Source: Pseudomonadota bacterium
GTDB lineage: Bacteria; Pseudomonadota; Gammaproteobacteria; Pseudomonadales; JADFDG01
DNA: 64,000 nucleotides
Direction of reading: 5' to 3'
Assembly (NCBI GenBank): GCA_049324495.1
Contig: JBMOOP010000027.1
Coordinates: 30,623-94,622, forward strand
In this document: piece after piece, positions 57,930-64,000 of the stretch
How positions within the stretch are numbered: the first letter of the stretch is position 1
Layout: every line of letters begins with the position of its first letter
Made by a program: the position numbers and the translations under genes
The notes under the pieces: generated by a model
Databases searched by the model: none
The model's input: the letters and a program-made list of their open reading frames with translations, nothing else
Told to the model about the DNA's origin: nothing

Positions 57930-58511
57930 GTGAGCGAAAAGGAAATCGACCAGCAACTCGTCGAGCGCGTGCAAAAGGGAGATCGGCGCGCTTTCGATCT
58001 GCTGGTCGGCAAGTACCAGCACAAGATCATGTCGGTGATCAGCCGCTACATACGCAACCCGGACGAAGTACAGGACGTGGCGCAGGATACGTTTGTCCGC
58101 GCCTGGCGCGCGTTGCCGCGCTTTCGCGGCGACAGTGCCTTTTTCACCTGGCTGTACCGCATCGCGATCAACACCGCCAAGAACCATCTGGTGGCGAAGA
58201 GCCGCCGCCCGCCCGGCACCGATATCGACATCGACGATGCCCAGTTTCTCGAATCTGCCGATGGCCTGCGCGACATCGACACGCCGCTGGGGCATGTGCT
58301 GACCGCCGAGATCGGCCAGACGGTGCAGCGGGCACTGGCCGGGCTGCCGGCCGAGATGCGTCAGGCGGTGATGCTGCGCGAGTTTGACGGTTTATCCTAC
58401 GAGCAGATTGCCGAGGTGATGGATTGCCCGGTAGGTACCGTCCGTTCGCGGATCTTTCGTGCGCGCGAGGCAATCGACGAGCTGTTGGTGCCACTGCTGG
58501 ACAACACTTGA
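57930..58511 (+). CDS. rpoE: RNA polymerase sigma-E factor (AlgU/RpoE, ECF)
   Basis: (V)SEKEIDQQLVERVQKGDRRAFDLLVGKYQHKIMSVISRYI...FFTWLYRIAINTAKN...VGTVRSRIFRAREAI. GTG 57930 with AGGAAAG upstream gives 193 aa. An ATG at 57873 is an alternative. Confidence 0.92.
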   Translation: MSEKEIDQQLVERVQKGDRRAFDLLVGKYQHKIMSVISRYIRNPDEVQDVAQDTFVRAWRALPRFRGDSAFFTWLYRIAINTAKNHLVAKSRRPPGTDIDIDDAQFLESADGLRDIDTPLGHVLTAEIGQTVQRALAGLPAEMRQAVMLREFDGLSYEQIAEVMDCPVGTVRSRIFRAREAIDELLVPLLDNT

Positions 58512-58602
58512 ACAACAAAAACAAAACAAAACGGGAACCAATCGTCATGCTGGCGGCTCCAATTGACCAGCTGGGAAAACTCGTCATTGACTGGGGCAAG
58601 AG

Positions 58603-59268
58603 ATGAACAACGATACTTTTCATGACCGCGATCATCACGACCGCGATCGCGAATTGCTCTCGGCGCTCATGGATGGCGAAACGAGCGAGCACGAGTTACG
58701 CCAGGCGCTGCGCGCGGTGGCCGATGATGCGGCCCTGGCGCAGCGCTGGCAGCGTTATCACGTGGCGCAATCGGCGTTGCGCGGCGAGGCCGGCGGCTTC
58801 GCCCACATCGACCTGCGCGCAGTTGTTGCCGGCCGGCTTGATGAGTCGGCGGATATGTCCGCAGCTGGGGCCCCCGGGGCGGCCGGCAAGGCGGCGGTCT
58901 GGCGGCAGGCGAGCTGGCTCAAACCGCTGGCCAGCGTTGCCGTGGCGGCGAGCATGGCTGTGGTGACGGTGTTTGCCTGGCAGGTACTGCGTCCCGGCGT
59001 TCCCGGTGCCGGCGAACGTGTGATTGCCGGCACGGTTGCTGCACCTGCTGCTGGTGCCCAGACCGTTGCGCTCGGGCCCATGCTGATGGTGCGTGAAGAT
59101 GGCGAGGAGCTGCTGTTGCCGGACGACCAGTCCGGCTCACCGACGGCCGGCCAGGATCGTCTCAACGCCTATCTGGCCCGTCACGCCCAGGCGGCAAGTC
59201 AGGCGAGTAGCCGTGGTCTTGCGCCCTATGCGCGGGTGATCAGCCTTGATGGCGAAGCAGGGCGTTGA
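58603..59268 (+). CDS. rseA: anti-sigma-E factor RseA/MucA
   Basis: RELLSALMDGETSEHELRQALRAV...QRWQRYHVAQSALRGE N-terminal domain, a central TM helix, and a periplasmic C-terminal domain. Confidence 0.88.
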   Translation: MNNDTFHDRDHHDRDRELLSALMDGETSEHELRQALRAVADDAALAQRWQRYHVAQSALRGEAGGFAHIDLRAVVAGRLDESADMSAAGAPGAAGKAAVWRQASWLKPLASVAVAASMAVVTVFAWQVLRPGVPGAGERVIAGTVAAPAAGAQTVALGPMLMVREDGEELLLPDDQSGSPTAGQDRLNAYLARHAQAASQASSRGLAPYARVISLDGEAGR

Positions 59269-60378
59269 ATGATGTTGCCCGGGGTATTGCGCGGAGTTTT
59301 GCTGGAGACGATGTCAGGTTTGCTGCGCGGGGTACTGCGCCGCTCGTTGATGGTGTTCATTGCAGTGCTCCTCCTGCCTGGCATGTCGGTGGCGCAGGCT
59401 GCCGATGATGCGAATACCGCCAGGGCTGGCCTTGAGCTGCTGCGCCAGGTCAGTGATGCCTGGCGTGGGGGCAATTTTCGTGGTCGTTTTGTCTACGTGC
59501 GAGGCAATCGCATGGATTCGATGCAAGTGGTGCATGCGGTGTTTGATGGCATCGAGTACGAGCGACTGTCTCACCTTGACAACACAACCAGCGAGATCAT
59601 CCGTCGTGGTGACGAAACCATTTGTGTGCATCCCGATGCGCGCATGACGCGGCTGGATGCTGCCCGCGCCGGCGGCCCCTTTCGTGCCTTCGCGGCAATC
59701 GACAACTCCATCGCGCAGGGCTATGCCGTGGCGCGTGCCGGACAATCGCGGGTTGCCGGCCGTACTGCCGATTATGTCGAGATTGTTCCGCGCGATGCCC
59801 ATCGTTTTGGCCACCGTATCTGGATTGATCGCCAGAGCCGGCTGCCGCTGCGCTATGAAATCGTCAACCGCAAGGGCGCTGCGCTGGAGTCGGTTGAGTT
59901 TGTCGACATCGATACCGATATCAGGGCACCGAAGGAAATGTTTACCGTGCCGGCCGGGCCGTTGGCACAGACGCTGAGCATTGTGCGTGTTGTCGGGGCG
60001 GCGGTGCCGGCGGTTGCACCGGTGTGGTTGCCGCCGGGTTTCAGAATCACCGGCAGCCAGACCCAGCGTGTAGGCGCGGCGCCGGAAACGGTGTCGGCGG
60101 TGACCTATTCCGATGGCTTGGCAGCATTCTCGTTTTTTGTCGAGAAAGCTGCCGTCGGCGCGAAACCGATGGGCCGGCAGGTCGGTCCGACCGCTGTGGT
60201 GAGCGGTGTGCTCGACGCCGCTGCGGCCGGGTATTTTCAGGTCACGCTGGTGGGGGAAATTCCGGCGGGTACGGCGGTGAAGATTGTTGAGAGTGCGCGC
60301 CATCATCGTGCCGCTGTCGGCCAGGCGGCGCTGCCTGTGGTTCCTGTTGCCGGCAATCCGGCAGAGGTGCTGCGGTAA
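59269..60378 (+). CDS. rseB: sigma-E regulatory protein RseB/MucB
   Basis: Signal peptide, then GRFVYVRGNRMDSMQVVH...ERLSHLD...IVPRDAHRFGHRIWIDRQSRLPLR. The start may be a few codons downstream. Confidence 0.88.
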   Translation: MMLPGVLRGVLLETMSGLLRGVLRRSLMVFIAVLLLPGMSVAQAADDANTARAGLELLRQVSDAWRGGNFRGRFVYVRGNRMDSMQVVHAVFDGIEYERLSHLDNTTSEIIRRGDETICVHPDARMTRLDAARAGGPFRAFAAIDNSIAQGYAVARAGQSRVAGRTADYVEIVPRDAHRFGHRIWIDRQSRLPLRYEIVNRKGAALESVEFVDIDTDIRAPKEMFTVPAGPLAQTLSIVRVVGAAVPAVAPVWLPPGFRITGSQTQRVGAAPETVSAVTYSDGLAAFSFFVEKAAVGAKPMGRQVGPTAVVSGVLDAAAAGYFQVTLVGEIPAGTAVKIVESARHHRAAVGQAALPVVPVAGNPAEVLR

Positions 60379-60472
60379 CCGTTGATCCGGCGCTGATATG
60401 TTGCCTGCGCGGGGCGCTGGCGTACCGCGCTGATGCTTGCGTTTTTTCATTACCCTGTTACGGAGTCAGCCC

Positions 60473-61972
60473 ATGAACATGCTTCATCGATTGCTGTTGT
60501 TCGTCTTCATTGCCCTGGCCGCGTTTGGGGCCGGGTTCGGCATTGCCAGTGCCAGTGCCGGCGCCAGTGCTGATGCGCCAGCGCTGACGGCAGCCGCTGC
60601 ACCGGTGCGGCCGGCCGTTGTGGGTCTGCCGGATTTCACCGGGCTGGTCGAGCAAAACAAGGCCAGTGTGGTCAGTATCAGTGTCGAAGCAGCACGCCCG
60701 GCCATGCAGGGAAACAGGCAGGGCGAGGTGCCGGAAATTTTCAAGCGCTTCTTTGGCGATCAATTCAATTTCGAAATGCCGCCGCCGCAGCAACGCCGAC
60801 CACAGCAGGGCCTCGGTTCGGGATTCATCATCTCGGCCGACGGCTACATCCTGTCCAACAACCATGTGATCGACGGTGCCGACAAGGTGACGGTGCGACT
60901 GCTCGATCGCCGCGAGCTGGTAGCGAAAGTGATCGGCACCGACAAACGCAGCGACATCGCCCTGCTCAAGGTCGATGCGCAGAACCTGCCGGTGGCGAAG
61001 ATCGGCAAGTCCGACCAGTTACGCGTCGGTGAGTGGGTGTTCGCCATCGGCGCGCCGTTCGGTTTCGATTACTCGGTGACTGCCGGCATCGTCAGCGCGC
61101 TCGGTCGCGGTCTGCCGCGCGAAAACTATGTGCCGTTCATCCAGACTGACGTTGCCATCAACCCGGGCAATTCTGGCGGCCCGCTGTTCAATCTTGCCGG
61201 CGAAGTCATCGGCATCAATTCACAGATATTTTCCGGCAGCGGCGGCTACATGGGTTTGTCATTCGCCATCCCGATGGATGTCGCCATGGAGGTTGTCGGC
61301 CAGTTGAAAGGCGGTGGCAAGGTGGCGCGCGGCTGGCTGGGCGTGGTCATCCAGGATGTCGATCGTGATCTTGCCGAGTCGTTCGGGCTTACTCGTGCCG
61401 AAGGCGCCCTGGTGGCAAAGGTGATGCCGGATGCACCGGCCGCCGCAGCGGGCCTGAAGGAAGGTGACATCATCACTGCTTTCAACGGCCAGGATGTGGT
61501 GTTTTCCTCGGATCTGCCCCACTTCGTGGGCCGGATGAAGCCGGGCAGTATCGCGACCCTCAAGGTTGTGCGCGAGGGCCGGGCGCGCGAGATCAAGGTA
61601 AAGATCGGCGAGTTGCCGAGCGAGGAAGCCCTGGCCGGTGCCGAGAGCGCTGGCACGGGTAACGGGGCCGCCGCGCCGGCCGCTGCGTCGGCGTCGGCAA
61701 GCCGTCTGGGTCTGTTGGTCGAGGCCCTGCCGGAGACCAGACGCAAGCAGCTTGGCATCAAGGGCGGCGTCATCGTGGCACGTATCACTGGCGAGCCTGC
61801 GAGCAGCGTCGGGCTGCGCCCGGGCGATGTCATCGTCGCGGTCAACAATCGCGAGATTGATGGCCTGGCCACCTTCAATGCGGTCATTGACAAGCTGCCG
61901 GCGCAAAAGTGGATACCGCTGCTGATCAACCGCGGCGACAACGCGCAGTACGTACCGATTCAGATCAGGTAG
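60473..61972 (+). CDS. DegP/DegQ/MucD-type periplasmic serine endoprotease (two PDZ domains)
   Basis: GSGFIISADGYILSNNHV, DIALLKV, and TDVAINPGNSGGPLFN catalytic triad contexts. Signal peptide from MNMLHRLLLFVFIALAAF. Confidence 0.93.
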   Translation: MNMLHRLLLFVFIALAAFGAGFGIASASAGASADAPALTAAAAPVRPAVVGLPDFTGLVEQNKASVVSISVEAARPAMQGNRQGEVPEIFKRFFGDQFNFEMPPPQQRRPQQGLGSGFIISADGYILSNNHVIDGADKVTVRLLDRRELVAKVIGTDKRSDIALLKVDAQNLPVAKIGKSDQLRVGEWVFAIGAPFGFDYSVTAGIVSALGRGLPRENYVPFIQTDVAINPGNSGGPLFNLAGEVIGINSQIFSGSGGYMGLSFAIPMDVAMEVVGQLKGGGKVARGWLGVVIQDVDRDLAESFGLTRAEGALVAKVMPDAPAAAAGLKEGDIITAFNGQDVVFSSDLPHFVGRMKPGSIATLKVVREGRAREIKVKIGELPSEEALAGAESAGTGNGAAAPAAASASASRLGLLVEALPETRRKQLGIKGGVIVARITGEPASSVGLRPGDVIVAVNNREIDGLATFNAVIDKLPAQKWIPLLINRGDNAQYVPIQIR

Positions 61973-61985
61973 ACCGATCCCCAGG

Positions 61986-62015
61986 GGCCGGGCAAATCCG
62001 CTAGAATGCCCGGCC
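61986..62015 (+). terminator. hairpin after the protease gene
   Basis: GGCCGGGCA, a 12-nt loop, then TGCCCGGCC, followed by TTGCC. The U tract is weak. Confidence 0.3.
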
Positions 62016-62053
62016 TTGCCTGATCCCTCCCTTACGCTGCGTACTCTCTGCCC

Positions 62054-63859
62054 GTGACCGACATCGCGAACATCCGCAATTTTTCGATCATTGCCCACAT
62101 CGATCACGGCAAGTCGACGCTCGCCGATCGCTTTATCCAGATTTGTGGTGGCCTTACTCAACGCGAGATGAGCGCGCAGGTGCTCGACTCGATGGATATC
62201 GAGCGCGAGCGCGGCATCACCATCAAGGCGCAGAGCGTCACCCTGCCGTTTACCTCGAAACGTGACGGCCAGGTCTACCAGCTCAACTTCATCGACACGC
62301 CCGGCCACGTCGACTTCTCCTATGAAGTCTCGCGTTCGCTGTCGGCTTGCGAAGGTGCGCTGCTGGTGGTCGATGCCGGGCAGGGCGTAGAGGCGCAGTC
62401 GGTGGCCAACTGCTACACCGCGCTTGAGCTTGAACTTGAAGTGATGCCGGTACTGAACAAGATTGATCTGCCACAGGCCGAACCTGAGCGCGTAAAGCAG
62501 GAAATTGCCGACATCATCGGCGTTGATGCGTCCGACGCCTGCCTCGTCAGCGCCAAGACGGGCGTTGGCGTCGACGATTTGCTTGAGGAGTTGGTCAAGC
62601 GTATCCCGGCGCCGAAAGGCGAGCGCAACGCGCCACTGCAGGCGCTGATTATCGATTCCTGGTTCGACAACTACCTTGGCGTGGTGTCGCTGGTGCGCGT
62701 CATGAACGGCGTGCTCAAAAAAGGCGAGAAGATCTACGTCAAGTCGACCGGTCATGCCCACGAAGTCGGCGTCGTCGGCATTCACACGCCCAAGCGCAAG
62801 GAAACCGGCGTGCTGGAAGCCGGCGAAGTCGGTTATGTCGTCGCCGGCATCAAGGACATTCACGGCGCGCCGGTAGGCGACACGCTCACCCATGCGAAAA
62901 CCCCGGATACCGCAGCGCTGCCGGGTTTCAAGAAAGTCAAACCACAGGTGTACGCCGGGCTGTTCCCGGTGAACGGTGAGGATTACGAGGATTTCCGCGA
63001 GGCGCTCAACAAGCTGTCACTGAATGACGCTTCACTGTTCTTCGAGCCGGAATCCTCCGATGCGCTGGGTTTTGGTTTTCGCATCGGTTTCCTTGGGCTG
63101 CTGCACATGGAGATCATTCAGGAGCGGCTTGAACGCGAGTACGACCTTGATTTGATCACCACGGCGCCGACGGTTGTCTACGAGGTGCTGACCCGCAAAG
63201 GTGAGCTGTGCTACGTCGACAGCCCGTCCAAGTTGCCCGATATTTCCCATATTGAGGAAGTGCGCGAGCCGATTGCCGAAGTGCACATTCTCGTGCCGCA
63301 GGAACATCTCGGCAACGTCATTACCCTGTGTGTCGAGCGGCGTGGCGTACAGAAGAACATGGTATTCCACGGCAATCAGGTGCAGTTGACATGGGAAATT
63401 CCGATGGCGGAAGTCGTCATGGATTTTTTTGATCGCCTCAAATCAGTCAGCCGCGGTTTCGCCTCGCTCGATTATGGCTTCAAGCGCTTCGAGGCCAGCA
63501 AGCTGGTCAAGGTCGACGTGCTGATCAACAGTGAGAAGGTTGATGCGCTGTCGATCATGTGTCACGCCGACATCGCCGCCAACCGCGGTCGCCAGTTGAT
63601 CGAGAAAATGCAGGAGCTGATCCCGCGACAGATGTTCGATGTCGCCATCCAGGCGGCGATCGGTGCCCATGTTATCGCCCGCACCAACGTCAAGGCGCTG
63701 CGCAAGAACGTGATTGCCAAGTGCTACGGCGGCGACGTGTCGCGCAAGAAGAAATTGCTCAATAAGCAGAAAGAAGGCAAGAAGCGGATGAAGCAGCTCG
63801 GTCGAGTCGAGGTGCCGCAGGAAGCGTTCCTGGCTGTACTCAAGGTAGGTAAGGACTGA
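62054..63859 (+). CDS. lepA: elongation factor 4
   Basis: [32 protein letters not shown], and C-terminal [12 protein letters not shown] start. Confidence 0.97.
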   Translation: MTDIANIRNFSIIAHIDHGKSTLADRFIQICGGLTQREMSAQVLDSMDIERERGITIKAQSVTLPFTSKRDGQVYQLNFIDTPGHVDFSYEVSRSLSACEGALLVVDAGQGVEAQSVANCYTALELELEVMPVLNKIDLPQAEPERVKQEIADIIGVDASDACLVSAKTGVGVDDLLEELVKRIPAPKGERNAPLQALIIDSWFDNYLGVVSLVRVMNGVLKKGEKIYVKSTGHAHEVGVVGIHTPKRKETGVLEAGEVGYVVAGIKDIHGAPVGDTLTHAKTPDTAALPGFKKVKPQVYAGLFPVNGEDYEDFREALNKLSLNDASLFFEPESSDALGFGFRIGFLGLLHMEIIQERLEREYDLDLITTAPTVVYEVLTRKGELCYVDSPSKLPDISHIEEVREPIAEVHILVPQEHLGNVITLCVERRGVQKNMVFHGNQVQLTWEIPMAEVVMDFFDRLKSVSRGFASLDYGFKRFEASKLVKVDVLINSEKVDALSIMCHADIAANRGRQLIEKMQELIPRQMFDVAIQAAIGAHVIARTNVKALRKNVIAKCYGGDVSRKKKLLNKQKEGKKRMKQLGRVEVPQEAFLAVLKVGKD

Positions 63860-64000
63860 TGGATATCGATTTTGCATTCTGGTTGGTGCTCGCGACTTTC
63901 GGCACCGGTGTTGTGGTGTTGATCGACCGTCTCTGGTTGCGTGCCCGCCGTGCCGAAGGTGCCGCCGAACCGACGGTGATCGAGTATTCCCGGTCGTTTT
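63859..64000 (+). CDS. lepB: signal peptidase I, N-terminal fragment (runs off the window)
   Basis: The ATG overlaps the lepA stop (TGATG). [31 protein letters not shown] is a typical LepB first TM segment, and lepA-lepB synteny supports the call. Confidence 0.8.
   Translation, partial: MDIDFAFWLVLATFGTGVVVLIDRLWLRARRAEGAAEPTVIEYSRSF

Overview
All calls below come from reading the supplied ORF translations and the DNA by eye. No BLAST, HMM or folding software was run, so family names rest on recalled motifs. The window is a high-GC chromosomal segment whose gene content and order fit a Gammaproteobacterium. Recognisable blocks include ispA-xseB, dusC, a RhlE-like DEAD-box helicase, murI, bioB-bioF-bioC-bioD, cysS, hisI, rpsU-dnaG-rpoD followed by a tRNA(CAU), tsaD, plsY, folB-folK, cca, rppH-ptsP, leuA, nadB divergent from rpoE-rseA-rseB and a DegP-like protease, then lepA-lepB. 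About 85% of the window is ordinary housekeeping DNA with tight, intact genes. I found no rRNA, no CRISPR array, no intact transposon or prophage, and no recognisable phage-defence system. There are three accessory patches. (1) Positions 7.4-9.2 kb hold an orphan hicB antitoxin gene next to a DoxX-rhodanese-MarR module, and that module is bracketed by a perfect 21-bp direct repeat. (2) Positions 9.3-13.2 kb hold a co-directional envelope cluster: two tandem small anchored proteins, a C39-like cysteine peptidase/TPR lipoprotein, a di-haem peroxidase-family protein and a second lipoprotein. This cluster carries three apparent frame disruptions. (3) Positions 32.3-33.96 kb are a mobile-element scar next to tRNA(CAU). 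It contains IS3 orfA with its slippery site and a truncated orfB, a P-type ATPase 3' fragment, an orphan encapsulated-ferritin-like gene, an IS110 fragment and an XRE-family 3' fragment. The most unusual single genes are a YidD domain fused in frame to a complete TonB-like protein, and the orphan EncFtn-like gene. A roughly 260-nt helix-rich intergenic region (1.6-1.86 kb), which contains two tandem TTTCGAAA-centred repeats, is unexplained. I cannot show that any of these is a new biological system. The small-protein/C39-peptidase cluster and the YidD-TonB fusion are the best candidates.
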